64,000 nucleotides of DNA from an uncultured Acidobacteriota bacterium (GCA_963828465.1 CAWHEU010000002.1:64001-128000); one strand, 5' to 3'. Positions 21,595 through 32,473 are shown, counted from the first letter of the stretch. Translations and numbers: made by a program. Notes: generated by a model not told the origin, from the sequence alone.

Positions 21595-21771
21595 TCAGTC
21601 TTCGGACCACTCGGGATCATTGTCCCACTCGCGGTTGCGACGCTCCACGGTCTCCAGCGCCTTGGCCGCCTCCTCCCGGGTGGGGAAAGGCCCGATTCGG
21701 ACCGCGGCCCGGCACCCGTCGGCGGGCTCCACGGTGCGGTGGTCCAGGCAGTAGAACCACTCCTCTTCCAT
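21595..21771 (-). CDS. small conserved actinobacterial protein
   Basis: WFYCLDHRTVE...CR...RIGPFPTREEA.KALETVERRNREWD pattern; GGAG RBS upstream. Confidence 0.7.
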   Translation of the reverse strand: MEEEWFYCLDHRTVEPADGCRAAVRIGPFPTREEAAKALETVERRNREWDNDPEWSED

Positions 21772-21791
21772 CACTCCGCCGGAAGCGACCG

Positions 21792-22967
21792 TCAACCCAG
21801 CACCCTCCGGCAGGACCATGGGCCCCAGAACCCCTTGCCGAGCTCCTGATAGCGGTTGGCCAGCCAGGCGGCGGTCCCGATGTTCGCTTCGGCGTCGAAG
21901 GCACTGGCCCCAGAGAAGCCGGCATTGGGAGACGCCGAGGCCCAGGTCGATGGGAGAAACTGATACAGGCCCGACGCACCCGAGTACGGGTTGTAGGCAT
22001 CGGCGTCTCCGAGGCTCTCACATTGCAGGACGGCGAGTGCCTCATCGACGCGGCTCGAAGGGAAGTACGCCTGCACGAGAGACCTCCACCGTTCGACGGC
22101 GGGTGGGAAGTCCCAATCACTTCCGCCGCCACCGCCCCCTCCACTTCCATCGGTGGTATCGGGCGTCTCGGGCGGGGGCGTGGTTGTAGCCGGCGCCGCC
22201 TCCTCCCCTTCGGGTGGAGGTGGCGGGGTTGTTGTGGGTGCCCGCTCCTCCTGACGTCGCCGCTCCTCCTCTCGTGCCTGGGCGGCGTCCACTGCGCTGA
22301 GGGCATCTCGATGGGCGGCATCGGCGGCGCTCGCCTCCCTGACGGCACGGCCGACCGCGGCGTCAGCCTCGTCATAGAGGGCGGCCAGGTGCTCGATCTC
22401 GGCGTCGACCTCGGCTCTGAGTGCTGCCACCCGCTCCTGTTGCTCCCGGTAATCGATCTGTAGACGCTCCAGGGCGTCCCTCCTCACAACGAGCTCGTTG
22501 ACCCTGGCTGCTCCGGCGGTGACGACGTCGCCGACCACCTGCCCGGTCACCATCGCCTGTTCGACATTCGCCGTGTTGACGAAGCTCACCCCCGGGCCCA
22601 CCAGAGCGTCCATGTATGCGTCGACTGCATGACTCTCGATGTCGGCCTCGATCCCGGTGAGCTCGGCATCGCCATGGGCTATCTGGGCCTTGAGACTGTC
22701 GAGGTCGGACGAAACGGCGGACAACTCTGCGGAGAGGTCGCTGATCCGGGTGATGCTGACGGCGAGCTCGGACTCGATCTCGGCCCTCCGGCTGACTGCC
22801 GTGTCGACCAGCCCGGCGGCGACCTCTGCCTGCCGCTCCGCTGCTTCCGCCTCCTGCTCCGACTCGTCGACGGTCTGGGCGCGAGCTGGATGGTCGTCGT
22901 ATGGGACCACGCCGAGGGCGAAGGTCGAGACAAGGGCGAGGAGGGTCAAGAAGCGCAGCACACGCAT
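21792..22967 (-). CDS. secreted coiled-coil protein with C-terminal lytic transglycosylase (SLT/Rpf-like) domain
   Basis: Signal peptide, long coiled coil, Pro/Thr/Gly linker, then CES...YNPYSGASGLYQFLPSTW...PWSC. Confidence 0.82.
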   Translation of the reverse strand: MRVLRFLTLLALVSTFALGVVPYDDHPARAQTVDESEQEAEAAERQAEVAAGLVDTAVSRRAEIESELAVSITRISDLSAELSAVSSDLDSLKAQIAHGDAELTGIEADIESHAVDAYMDALVGPGVSFVNTANVEQAMVTGQVVGDVVTAGAARVNELVVRRDALERLQIDYREQQERVAALRAEVDAEIEHLAALYDEADAAVGRAVREASAADAAHRDALSAVDAAQAREEERRRQEERAPTTTPPPPPEGEEAAPATTTPPPETPDTTDGSGGGGGGGSDWDFPPAVERWRSLVQAYFPSSRVDEALAVLQCESLGDADAYNPYSGASGLYQFLPSTWASASPNAGFSGASAFDAEANIGTAAWLANRYQELGKGFWGPWSCRRVLG

Positions 22968-23044
22968 TAGAACCCGAGGAGCGTAATGAATGGTCATGGG
23001 CACGAGAAGTGCAGATCGTTGCCATGGGCTAGCGTGCCCGTCCT

Positions 23045-23425
23045 ATGGAACGGGTGAATGTGCAGTCGGGGAGCCCGTTCGAGGCTGCAATTGGCTTCAG
23101 CCGCGCCGTGCGTGTGGGCGAGCGGGTCGTCGTGTCCGGCACCGCCCCGATCTGGCCCGACGGCTCGGTGGACCCTGACCCGCTGGCCCAAGCCCGACGC
23201 TGCCTGGAGATCATGCTCAGCGCCCTCGGAGAGGCGGGTGGGAGGGCGGAGGACGTGGTTCGGACCAGGACCTATCTGCTCGACGCCTCGGATGCGAAAC
23301 AGGTGGGGGAGGCGCATCACGAAGTGTTCTCGGGAATCAGACCGGCCTCGACAATGGTTGTTGTGAGCGGATTGCTCGACCCCCGTTGGAAGGTCGAGAT
23401 GGAGCTCGAAGCGGTCATTGCCTGA
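23045..23425 (+). CDS. RidA/YjgF family protein
   Basis: SPFEAAIGFSRAVRVG, VSGTA, VVRTR, RPASTMV, VEMELEA. Confidence 0.9.
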   Translation: MERVNVQSGSPFEAAIGFSRAVRVGERVVVSGTAPIWPDGSVDPDPLAQARRCLEIMLSALGEAGGRAEDVVRTRTYLLDASDAKQVGEAHHEVFSGIRPASTMVVVSGLLDPRWKVEMELEAVIA

Positions 23426-23446
23426 CTGCCCACGTTGGAGGTTGCA

Positions 23447-24082
23447 ATGTTTGGACGTAGGAAGACCGAGATGCCGGATGCTGGGGCAGCTCTTCCCGGA
23501 CGTTCCACGGCGGTGGAGGTTCCCCCGGCCCATTTCGTCAACGGGAACCCACTCGTGGGGCCCTTCCCGGAAGGGACCGAGACGGCGGTATTCGGGATGG
23601 GTTGCTTCTGGGGCGCCGAGCGGCGGTTCTGGAAAATGGATGGCGTCTACAGCACGTCGGCCGGTTACGCGGGCGGATACACGCCCAACCCGACCTACGA
23701 AGAGGTGTGCACCGGTCGTACCGGTCATTCGGAGGTTGTGCTCGTTGCCTATCGACCCGAGCAGGTCTCCTACGAGGAGCTCCTGAAGGTGTTCTGGGAG
23801 ACACATGACCCGACTCAGGGGATGCAACAGGGCAACGACATCGGATCTCAGTATCGATCTGCCATCTACACCACGACAGACGAGCAGCTGGAGATCGCCA
23901 AGTGGTCCCGGGACAAGTACCAGGCCGAGTTGACGCCGTTGGGCTTCGACGACATCACCACGGAGATCACACCGCTGGGCGAGTACTACTACGCCGAGGA
24001 CTACCACCAGCAGTACCTGGCCAAGAACCCACACGGATACGACTGCCACGCCAACACCGGGATCGCTTACCCGGTGGGCTGA
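23447..24082 (+). CDS. msrA: peptide-methionine (S)-S-oxide reductase
   Basis: [44 protein letters not shown]. Confidence 0.97.
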   Translation: MFGRRKTEMPDAGAALPGRSTAVEVPPAHFVNGNPLVGPFPEGTETAVFGMGCFWGAERRFWKMDGVYSTSAGYAGGYTPNPTYEEVCTGRTGHSEVVLVAYRPEQVSYEELLKVFWETHDPTQGMQQGNDIGSQYRSAIYTTTDEQLEIAKWSRDKYQAELTPLGFDDITTEITPLGEYYYAEDYHQQYLAKNPHGYDCHANTGIAYPVG

Positions 24083-24111
24083 GCTTCAAGCGCTCAGTCT
24101 CTATATCGCGT

Positions 24112-25527
24112 CTACGCCGGGTCGGTTTTGTCGCCCAGGGTCACCGAGGCGGCCAGTGCCTCTTGGACCACGGTCTCGACTGGCAAGTCGGCCTCGATGT
24201 CCGCTTTCACGTCAGGGGTGACTCCCACCGACCCGAAATCGTGGCCCTCGGGAGTCAACCAGCGGGCGATCGTGAGCTTGAGCGCCCCGGTGTTCGATAG
24301 GGCGAATCTCTGCTGGACGGTGTTCTTGCCGAAGGTGTTGTCGCCGACCACGGTTGCTCTGCCCCTTTCCTGAAGCACCGCCGACACGACTTCCGAGGCG
24401 GAAGCGCTGCCCTCGTTGACGATGACGATCACTCCCATGTCTTCGGGAACGATCGGGTTTCCCGTGGTGGGGTAAGAAGTCGATGAATCGGGCCCCTCGG
24501 TGACGACGACGTCTCCGTCGGGGAGGAAGGCCGAGGCCACCTCGATTGCCGTGTCGAGGAGTCCTCCGGGATTGTTCCGCATGTCGAGCACGATGGACTC
24601 GACACCCTGGTCGAGCAGCGTTCCAACGTGCTCCACGAAAAGCTCGTCGGCGTTGTCCGTGAATGCATTGAGCCCGATGTAGCCGGTTTCTCCGACGACC
24701 TCGCTGACTACGGCCTGGACGATGAACGAGGCGCGGGTGATGGTCACGTCGAAGACTTTTCCCTCCCTTTCGATGTTCAGCACCACGTCCGAGCCCGCCG
24801 GGCCCCGCACCGTTGCGGTGACTTCGTCCACAGTCCAACCGGAGATGTCGGTGCCATCCACGCCCAGGATCAAATCGTCCGGTTGGAGACCGGCGGTGTC
24901 GGCGGGAGTGCCATCGACGGTCGAGACGATGTGGATGATGCAGGTGTCGGAGATGATGTTGCAATCCTCCCCGCTGGCCGAGTCCTCGGCAGTGACGAGG
25001 GCACCTATCCCCTGGATCTCGCCCGCTTGCTCCTCCTCGAGCAGGTCCACCGCCTCGGGGTCGAGGTACACAGAATGGGGGTCGAGACCGAAAGTTGCCA
25101 TGCCATGGACCATCGCTTCGGCGGCTTCGGCGCCGGTCTCGGCTTGAGTGAGTGCGGCCTCGCAGGTCTCGAGGAAGGGGGTGGCCGGTGCGACGCAGAC
25201 CAGCTCGGATCCGGAGCTTGCCCCGCCCAGAGCTTCCAAGCCGTGGGCGGCTGCCCCGGCCAGCTCGGCATCCGATATCTCGTCGACGTAGTGACGACGA
25301 ATCAGGTCGTAGGTCTCACAAACGATCTCCACTTCGGGCTCGACGGCGTCGCATCCGACCAGGCGCATTGGACGTCCGGCAGTCGCCGTGGTGACCGGTG
25401 CCTCGTCGGCCTGCTGGGTCGTGGGAGAAGAGGGCGCCGTCGGCGTCGGGGCGTTCTCGACGACATCGCAGGCCGTCAGAACCATGCTCGAGGCGAGCAG
25501 GAACGAGACGAGGCGCGTGCGGCCCAT
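24112..25527 (-). CDS. S41 family C-terminal processing peptidase, PDZ lipoprotein
   Basis: Lipobox LTAC, LDPHSVY, GIGA PDZ loop, LDMRNNPGG, SASASE (catalytic Ser), TFGK, LTIARWLTP. Confidence 0.92.
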   Translation of the reverse strand: MGRTRLVSFLLASSMVLTACDVVENAPTPTAPSSPTTQQADEAPVTTATAGRPMRLVGCDAVEPEVEIVCETYDLIRRHYVDEISDAELAGAAAHGLEALGGASSGSELVCVAPATPFLETCEAALTQAETGAEAAEAMVHGMATFGLDPHSVYLDPEAVDLLEEEQAGEIQGIGALVTAEDSASGEDCNIISDTCIIHIVSTVDGTPADTAGLQPDDLILGVDGTDISGWTVDEVTATVRGPAGSDVVLNIEREGKVFDVTITRASFIVQAVVSEVVGETGYIGLNAFTDNADELFVEHVGTLLDQGVESIVLDMRNNPGGLLDTAIEVASAFLPDGDVVVTEGPDSSTSYPTTGNPIVPEDMGVIVIVNEGSASASEVVSAVLQERGRATVVGDNTFGKNTVQQRFALSNTGALKLTIARWLTPEGHDFGSVGVTPDVKADIEADLPVETVVQEALAASVTLGDKTDPA

Positions 25528-25613
25528 TGCTCGGGGCTGCCCGGCAGTGCTCATGGAGGCTCGCTTCGCCATGCTCCATTATCGGTCCGGGTCGGCCATT
25601 ACCGTCGCGGAAG

Positions 25614-26681
25614 ATGCATCTTCGAGTCACGCTTCGTGTAGCGGGTGGGGCAACGGTCACACGTGACACCAGGGATGGCTGGTGGGTGGAGCCTTGGGGA
25701 GAGCCTGAGGAGGTCATGTCTTCCGATCTCTGGGCCTTGCCCGGCCTGGTCGATGGTCATGCCCATCTCGCTCAGGGCGGCGTTGAGATCCGTCCGGGAG
25801 ACCTCGATGGAGCCGCCGTTCTCGCGAAGATGGCACTCGGAGCGGGTGTCGGGTTGATCCTCGACAAGGGATGGCGTGACCTCACCGTCGTTCACTTGAT
25901 CGACAAAGTCCCGGCAGCGGAACGCCCCGAGATAGAGGCAGCAGGAGTGGTCCTCACCGTCGATGGTGGTTTCTGGGAGGGCTTCGGCCGAAATGTCGCT
26001 CCCGGCGAAATCGGCAACGTGGCCGCAGTCGCCGCAGGCGAGGGTGCCGGCTGGGTCAAGCTGATCGGTGACTGGCCGAGGAAGGGCGTCGGCCCGGTTG
26101 CCAACTTCAATGAGGAGGAGTTGAAGGAGGCGGTGGCTGCCGCCAGAGAGCACGATGCCAGGGTGGCGGTCCACACCATGGCTCGGGAGGTCCCGTCCAT
26201 GGCTGTGCGGGCAGGAGTCGATTCCATCGAGCACGGGCTGTTTCTGACCGACGACGACCTGGAGATGCTGGGGGCCCGGGGAGGCTGCTGGGTGCCGACG
26301 GTCCTTCAAACGGAGGCAACGATCGAACAACTCGGTGAGAGGTCGTCGGGCGGGCGGTTGCTGCTCCAGGGCCTAGAGAACGTGAGGGCGAGGCTCGGAA
26401 CTGCCGTCGAGGCCGGCGTCCATGTGCTCACTGGCACCGATCTCGCCATCGGGACCCATCAGGTGGCGTCGGAGGCGATCCGTCTCTGGGAGTTGGGCTT
26501 GGCTGCCGCGGCAGTGATCGAAGCCGTCTCCTGGTCGGGGTTCAGATCGACCGGCCGTCCGGTCGGGTTCGACCTCGGCGGGCCGGCCAATGCCGTCTTG
26601 TTTTCGGAGGACCCTGTTTCGAACCCGCGGGTGCTCGCCGACCCCGCTGCCGTCATCCGAATGGGTCGGATCGTGTCATGA
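25614..26681 (+). CDS. metal-dependent amidohydrolase family protein
   Basis: PGLVDGHAH, WVKL, VAVH, SIEHG, GTD. Confidence 0.85.
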   Translation: MHLRVTLRVAGGATVTRDTRDGWWVEPWGEPEEVMSSDLWALPGLVDGHAHLAQGGVEIRPGDLDGAAVLAKMALGAGVGLILDKGWRDLTVVHLIDKVPAAERPEIEAAGVVLTVDGGFWEGFGRNVAPGEIGNVAAVAAGEGAGWVKLIGDWPRKGVGPVANFNEEELKEAVAAAREHDARVAVHTMAREVPSMAVRAGVDSIEHGLFLTDDDLEMLGARGGCWVPTVLQTEATIEQLGERSSGGRLLLQGLENVRARLGTAVEAGVHVLTGTDLAIGTHQVASEAIRLWELGLAAAAVIEAVSWSGFRSTGRPVGFDLGGPANAVLFSEDPVSNPRVLADPAAVIRMGRIVS

Positions 26682-27271
26682 GGCTCGTGCTCGCCTCGGG
26701 GTCACCGCGCCGCCGCGAACTGCTGGAGCGGCTCGGTCTCGACTTCGACGTCGTCGCTCCCGATGTCGACGAGACCAGATATCCCGACGAGGCGCCCGCC
26801 GCATATGTGGACAGGGTGGCTCGATCCAAGTCCGCAGCCGTGGCCGGCGATGGCCTGATCGTGCTTGCCGCCGACACCATCGTGGTCCACGAGGGGAGGG
26901 TCATGGGCAAGCCCGGTCATCCCGAGGAGGCGCGGACGATGCTGCGACGAATCGAGGGGGATGTTCATGAGGTTTTCACCGGGTTGGCCATTGGGGCCTG
27001 GGATACCGGGGCGCAGATCAAATCAGTTGTCGATGTCGCCGAGGTCACCATGCTTCCCATGACGGAGGAGGAGATCGCGTGGTACGTCGGCACCGGTGAG
27101 CCCCTGGACAAGGCCGGGGGGTATGCCCTTCAAGGTCTTGGCGGGCTGTTCGTGGGCAAGGTGGTCGGGAGCCCGTTCACGGTGATTGGTCTGCCAATTC
27201 ACCTGATCGCCCGTCTTTTGTCCGCCTCCGGTGTTGATCTGACGGCCTTCAGAAACAACGCCTCCGGGTAA
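26678..27271 (+). CDS. maf: Maf-like nucleotide pyrophosphatase (YhdE type)
   Basis: LASGSPRRRELL, DVDE, AADTIV, GKP, H.VFTG, EPLDKAGGY. Confidence 0.93.
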   Translation: MRLVLASGSPRRRELLERLGLDFDVVAPDVDETRYPDEAPAAYVDRVARSKSAAVAGDGLIVLAADTIVVHEGRVMGKPGHPEEARTMLRRIEGDVHEVFTGLAIGAWDTGAQIKSVVDVAEVTMLPMTEEEIAWYVGTGEPLDKAGGYALQGLGGLFVGKVVGSPFTVIGLPIHLIARLLSASGVDLTAFRNNASG

Positions 27272-27280
27272 CTTGACCCT

Positions 27281-28279
27281 ATGAACCGCACCGCCTGGAT
27301 CCTGACGGGTCTGTTCGTGGTTCTCGTGGTGACCGTCATTTTCCTCGTGGGCCGGAACGATGAAACGGACCCTTCGACGACCACCACGTCCGTCGGCACG
27401 ACGACGACGACCCTGGACGACAACACGTCCACCACCTCCGGGGCCACCACCACCACCACCAGCACTTCGGTAGCGACAACGACGACTCTCGCCCCCACCA
27501 CCACCACGACGGCCGCGACAACCACGACTTCCGTTGCCGTTGCGGGCAACTGGGCCGCCACGCCGATGGTCGCGGCAGGATTCGGCGCACTGGGTTGGTG
27601 GGACGGCGCCAGCTGGGTTCAGGTCGATCCAGGCACGGCACTCCCCGTCGCCGGTGGTGAGGACTATCAAGTTGCGCTGATCGGGCTGGAGGCGATCGTT
27701 GCCGCAGGTGCCCCGACGACTTTGTGCGAGCCGCTCAACAACCCGGGCGTGGTGTTCGAGAACGAGCAGGTCCTCGGTGACTGGCCAGGGCCTGTCGGAG
27801 TGGGTATCACGGCGCCGTGGTTGATCGTGCCGCATCTGGTCGAGCAGATCGAGGATGACGGCACCTACTCCGCTTTCGCCGCCGAGCTCCTCGCCGAGCG
27901 TGGCCTCGATGTTCCCGATCCGGCGATGAAACAGATCGTGCAGGTCGATCTCGAGGGAGACGGGGTCAACGAGGTCCTGGTAGTGGCCGAGGACGTCAGC
28001 GAGGGTGTAGTGGCGCAGGACGGCGACTATTCGATTGCCTTCGTGAGACGGACGGTGGGCGGGGATGTGCAGACCGACATCCTGGGCGAGTCGGTGATCG
28101 TCACCGCGGATGGACCCTTCATGAACTCCTACTCGGTTGGCGCGGTAGCGGATCTGAATGGCGACGCCAGGATGGAGATCGTCCTGACCATTGCCTACTA
28201 CGAGGGGATCGGCGTGGAGGTGTGGGAGTACGGAGATGGAGGACCGGCACTCAGGATCTCATCCGGTTGTGGTGCCTGA
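27281..28279 (+). CDS. membrane-anchored secreted protein with Thr-rich stalk and DxxGDG Ca-binding loops
   Basis: N-terminal TM helix, poly-Thr linker, VDLEGDGVNEV and ADLNGDARMEI motifs. Confidence 0.75.
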   Translation: MNRTAWILTGLFVVLVVTVIFLVGRNDETDPSTTTTSVGTTTTTLDDNTSTTSGATTTTTSTSVATTTTLAPTTTTTAATTTTSVAVAGNWAATPMVAAGFGALGWWDGASWVQVDPGTALPVAGGEDYQVALIGLEAIVAAGAPTTLCEPLNNPGVVFENEQVLGDWPGPVGVGITAPWLIVPHLVEQIEDDGTYSAFAAELLAERGLDVPDPAMKQIVQVDLEGDGVNEVLVVAEDVSEGVVAQDGDYSIAFVRRTVGGDVQTDILGESVIVTADGPFMNSYSVGAVADLNGDARMEIVLTIAYYEGIGVEVWEYGDGGPALRISSGCGA

Positions 28280-28685
28280 TGGAGAATCCGTTCCTCGATC
28301 GCCCCACCTATGTCGGTCACACCGGCATCGAGCTCACCGATGCCACGCCTGACTCCTGTGAGGGTCGATTGGTGATCGAGGCCATACACCATCAGCCCTA
28401 CGGGGTGGTCCACGGCGGGGTCTATTGCACCTTGATCGAGACCCTTGCTTCATCCGGGGCCGCCCTGTGGGCGATTCAGAACGGCATGGCCGGTTGTGTC
28501 GGGGTGTCCAACCAGACCGATTTCATTCGAGCGACCACCGAGGGCGTCCTTATTGGCTCGGCGACACCCATACACCGGGGCCGCACCCAGCAGCTTTGGC
28601 AGGTCGCCGTCACCGCGAGGACGACGGGAAGCTCGTCGCCCGGGGCCAGGTCCGCCTGCAAAACATCAACTCCACCGAGTTCTAG
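28279..28685 (+). CDS. PaaI family hotdog thioesterase (frameshift near 28620)
   Basis: HHQPYGVVHGGVYCTLIET, IHRGRTQQLW, then DGKLVARGQVRLQN in the next frame. Confidence 0.85.
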
Positions 28686-28696
28686 AATCTGCTGCG

Positions 28697-29809
28697 ATGC
28701 TCCGCATCGGCCCCCTCATCGTCGATCCACCCGTCGTGCTCGCCCCGATGGCCGGGATCACCAATGCCCCATTCCGGCGTCTGTGCCGCGAGTACGGGGC
28801 AGGTCTCTACGTGTCCGAGATGATCGGCGCCCGCGGTCTCGTCGAAGGAGACGAGAAGACACGCCAGTTGGCCAGTTTCGCCCCGGACGAGACCCCCCGC
28901 TCGATCCAGCTGTACGGCACCGACCCCGGGTCTCTCGGCGACGCCGTTTCCTATTTGGTCGAGGTCGAGCAGGTCGACCACATCGACATGAACTTCGGCT
29001 GCCCGATGGGAAAGGTGACACGGCACGGAGGCGGCGCAGCCCTTCCCTGGAAGCGAGATCTGTTCCGATCAATCGTGGCGGCTGCGGTCTCCAGGGCCGG
29101 GTCGGTTCCGGTGACGGTGAAATTTCGCAAGGGAATCGACGACGACCACCTCACATATCTCGAGACCGGGCTCACGGCCGAAGAGGAGGGGGCGTCGGCA
29201 GTGGCGCTCCATGCGAGGACGGCCCGTCAGCTCTATTCAGGAAGCGCCGATTGGGAGGCCATAGGCAGGCTGAAGGAGGTGGTTACCTCGATCCCGGTCC
29301 TGGGCAATGGCGACATCTGGACCGCGACCGATGCGATCGAAATGATGACGCGGACCGGATGTGATGGGGTGGTGGTGGGCAGGGGGTGCCTGGGGCGGCC
29401 CTGGTTGTTCCGGGATCTGGTCGATGCGATGACCGGCCGCCCGGATCAGCCTCCGCCCGACTCGGGCGCGGTGGCCCGGGTCATGGTCCGGCACGCAGGC
29501 CTGCTGGTCGACCACTTCGGCGAGCGGGTCGGGATCGCACTGTTTCGGAAGCACCCCTCGTGGTACCTCAAGGGGTTCCCGGCTGGACCGCAGATGCGCG
29601 ATGCCCTGGCCAGGGTGGAGTCGTTGGACCAACTCGAGAGTCATCTGGCCGGCTGGGACCAGGACATTCCCTTCCCCGAGGAGGCAAACCACATGGTGCG
29701 CGGCCATTCCCACGGCCCCCGCCCGGTCCGCCTCCCCCACGGCTTCCTCGACCACCGCGAAGGCGACCGTCTGGGCCGGGAGGCGGAACAGGTGATCAGC
29801 GGAGGTTGA
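28697..29809 (+). CDS. dusB: tRNA-dihydrouridine synthase
   Basis: LAPMAGIT, VSEM, IDMNFGCP, PVTVKFR, LHART, GNGDI, VGRGCLGRPWLF, RKH. Confidence 0.93.
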   Translation: MLRIGPLIVDPPVVLAPMAGITNAPFRRLCREYGAGLYVSEMIGARGLVEGDEKTRQLASFAPDETPRSIQLYGTDPGSLGDAVSYLVEVEQVDHIDMNFGCPMGKVTRHGGGAALPWKRDLFRSIVAAAVSRAGSVPVTVKFRKGIDDDHLTYLETGLTAEEEGASAVALHARTARQLYSGSADWEAIGRLKEVVTSIPVLGNGDIWTATDAIEMMTRTGCDGVVVGRGCLGRPWLFRDLVDAMTGRPDQPPPDSGAVARVMVRHAGLLVDHFGERVGIALFRKHPSWYLKGFPAGPQMRDALARVESLDQLESHLAGWDQDIPFPEEANHMVRGHSHGPRPVRLPHGFLDHREGDRLGREAEQVISGG

Positions 29810-29869
29810 CCCTTCTGCGTCGGCGTAGGCCCATAGGTGGGCCCACGTACCTCATGTCCGCGGTTCGCG

Positions 29870-30772
29870 CTATTCGCGCTCGGCGTAGCCGGCGACCGCC
29901 GAGAGCATGAGGTGGGCCATGGCGTCGAGAGTGAGCCCGTCCTGATCGGCCTCCGGGTCGACCTCGACGAAGTCGATCGAGGCCACCTTGGGATTGCGGG
30001 CACATCGGCGTACCCCCTCGGCCAGATCGCGCACCGTGAGCCCTCCCGGCCTGGCCCCGGGGCAGCCGGGCGCATAGGCGCGGTCGAGCACGTCGATGTC
30101 GACGTCGACATGGACCGCGTCGGTCTTCACCGCCACCACCGTCAGGGCGTCCTCCACAACCGATCCGATGCCGCGTTGTGCGATGTCGTCGACGGTCAGA
30201 ACTGTGATCCCCCGCTCGTCGCAGTAGGCGCGGTACTCGGCGGAGTTGGCAAACGAGTGGATCCCGATCTGCGCCACGTTCTCACCGGGCAGACCGTCCT
30301 CGTCGATGAGACCTCGCACCGGGGTCCCGTTGGTCGGCCCGAGATCGAGAGTGCGGACGTCGTGATGTGCATCGAAGGTGATCAGCCCGATCCGGCTCCT
30401 GTCCGGAGATAACGATCTGACCAGGGGACGGGTGATGGCGTTGTCACCACCGAGGTAGATGGTCAACAGGTCGCGCGCCAGCTTGCCGGCCAGCCTTTCG
30501 ACTTCTTCCGGCATCTGATGCATATCGAGATCGGAGACCGCCCAGTTGCCCTCGTCACGGACGGTGACGCCACTGAAATCGACGCCCCATTCGCCGTGGA
30601 AGGTGGAGAATCGGCTGAGTCGATCACGGACCTCGAGCGGGCTCAGGTCGGCCCGCGATGGCGACAACGAGGCGCGGGACGAAGGCACACCGACCACCAG
30701 GATCTCCGGGTCCGGATGCTCCTGGGCGAGCCAGACATCGGCGCGCGGCCAGTGCGGGTCATTGATCGGCAT
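29870..30772 (-). CDS. hutG: arginase/agmatinase family, probable formimidoylglutamase
   Basis: LGGDN, FDAHHD, NGTP, DVDIDVLD, PGG, DFVE; directly downstream of hutU. Confidence 0.75.
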   Translation of the reverse strand: MPINDPHWPRADVWLAQEHPDPEILVVGVPSSRASLSPSRADLSPLEVRDRLSRFSTFHGEWGVDFSGVTVRDEGNWAVSDLDMHQMPEEVERLAGKLARDLLTIYLGGDNAITRPLVRSLSPDRSRIGLITFDAHHDVRTLDLGPTNGTPVRGLIDEDGLPGENVAQIGIHSFANSAEYRAYCDERGITVLTVDDIAQRGIGSVVEDALTVVAVKTDAVHVDVDIDVLDRAYAPGCPGARPGGLTVRDLAEGVRRCARNPKVASIDFVEVDPEADQDGLTLDAMAHLMLSAVAGYAERE

Positions 30773-30817
30773 TGGGGATCAGCGTATAGGTGCTCCGGTT
30801 GCGATCCCTAAACGGTT

Positions 30818-32473
30818 TCAGAGCATCGGGATGTCGACGCCCCGCTCATGTGCCACGCGGCGGGCGATGTCGTAGCCGGCGTCAGCGTGACGCATGACTC
30901 CGGTGCCGGGGTCGTTGGTGAGCACCCGCTCTACTCGCAGAGCGCCCTGTTCAGTGCCGTCGGCGACAACTTGAGCCCCGGCATGGATCGAGTTTCCGAT
31001 GCCCACACCGCCCCCATGATGGACGGCCACCCAGGCCGCCCCAGAGGAGACATTGAGCATCGCGTTGAGGATGGGCCAGTCGGCGATGGCGTCCGACCCG
31101 TCGGCCATCGCCTCCGTTTCCCGATAGGGGGAAGCGACGGATCCCGAGTCGAGATGATCCCGGCCGATGACGATCGGAGCCGAGATATCGCCCGCGGCGA
31201 CGAGATCGTTGAAGCGCAGACCGGCCAGATGGCGCTCGCCGTAGGAGAGCCAGCAGATCCGAGCCGGGAGACCTTGAAAATGGACCCTCTCGGATGCCAT
31301 CCGCATCCAGCGATGGAGTGAGTCGTTGTCGGGGAATAGCTCGGCGATGGCCCGGTCGGTGACAGCGATGTCGGCCGGATCGCCGCTGAGGGCCACCCAG
31401 CGGAACGGCCCCGAGCCCTCACAGAAAAGGGGCCGGATGTAGGCCGGGACGAATCCGGGATAGGAGAAAGCGTCGGCGAAGCCGCCAGTGGCTGCCTCAC
31501 CCCTCAGATTGTTCCCGTAGTCGAATGTCTCGACACCCGAGGACTGGAACCCGACCATCGCCTCGCAGTGAGTCGCCATCGACTCCCGGGCCGACTTGAT
31601 ATAGGTGTCGGGGTCGTCTTCGCGGAGCCGGCGGGCTTCGTCCACGTCGTATCCGACCGGGATGTACCCATACAGCGGGTCGTGTGCCGACGTCTGGTCC
31701 GTCACGATGTCGACGGCGAGATCCATTTCGAGCAATCGGGGGAACAGATCTGCAGCATTGCCGAGCAGGCCAATGGAAACCGCCTCGCGATTTCGTTTCG
31801 CCTCGAGGGCGCGGGACACCGCCTGCTCGGTCTCCTCGTAGCTCTCGTCGAGGTAGCCGGTCTCCAACCGGCGTTCGATCCGCTGCGGGTCGACCTCGAC
31901 ACAGAGTGCGACGCCGCCGTTCATGGTGATCGCAAGCGGCTGAGCGCCCCCCATGCCTCCGAGCCCGGCGGTGAGGGTGAGTGTGCCGGCCAATGTGCCG
32001 CCGAACCGCTGCTCGGCGATTGCGGCGAAAGTCTGATACGTCCCCTGGAGGATGCCCTGGGTGCCGATGTAGATCCAGGACCCGGCAGTCATCTGCCCGT
32101 ACATGGTCAGCCCTGCCGCCTCCAGCTCCCAGAACTGCTCGAGGGTCGCCCACCTTGGGACGAGGAGGCTGTTGGCGATGAGCACCCGGGGAGCCATCTC
32201 GTGGGTATGGAACACCCCGACGGGCTTGCCCGACTGAACCAGGAGCGTCTCCTCGTTCCCCAACCGCTCGAGTGTCCGAACGATGGCGTGCAGCGACGCC
32301 AGATCGCGGGCTGCCTTGCCCCGGCCGCCGTAGACGATCAGCTGCTCCGGGTCCTCGGCGACGTCCGGGTCGAGGTTGTTGAGGAGACAGCGCAGGGCTG
32401 CCTCCTGGAGCCAGCCGTTGGTGTTGAGCCGGGCCCCTCGGGGAGAATGGAGGGGGAAAGACAGGTCGAGCAT
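30818..32473 (-). CDS. hutU: urocanate hydratase
   Basis: [75 protein letters not shown]. Confidence 0.97.
   Translation of the reverse strand: MLDLSFPLHSPRGARLNTNGWLQEAALRCLLNNLDPDVAEDPEQLIVYGGRGKAARDLASLHAIVRTLERLGNEETLLVQSGKPVGVFHTHEMAPRVLIANSLLVPRWATLEQFWELEAAGLTMYGQMTAGSWIYIGTQGILQGTYQTFAAIAEQRFGGTLAGTLTLTAGLGGMGGAQPLAITMNGGVALCVEVDPQRIERRLETGYLDESYEETEQAVSRALEAKRNREAVSIGLLGNAADLFPRLLEMDLAVDIVTDQTSAHDPLYGYIPVGYDVDEARRLREDDPDTYIKSARESMATHCEAMVGFQSSGVETFDYGNNLRGEAATGGFADAFSYPGFVPAYIRPLFCEGSGPFRWVALSGDPADIAVTDRAIAELFPDNDSLHRWMRMASERVHFQGLPARICWLSYGERHLAGLRFNDLVAAGDISAPIVIGRDHLDSGSVASPYRETEAMADGSDAIADWPILNAMLNVSSGAAWVAVHHGGGVGIGNSIHAGAQVVADGTEQGALRVERVLTNDPGTGVMRHADAGYDIARRVAHERGVDIPML

Noticed and set aside
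27376-27530. ACC/ACG-rich low-complexity tract
   Set aside because: Encodes the poly-Thr stalk of a membrane-anchored protein.
29824-29840. Short hairpin ggccca-tagg-tgggcc between dusB and hutG
   Set aside because: A 6-bp stem is expected by chance at this GC content; it may be a weak terminator but cannot be supported.
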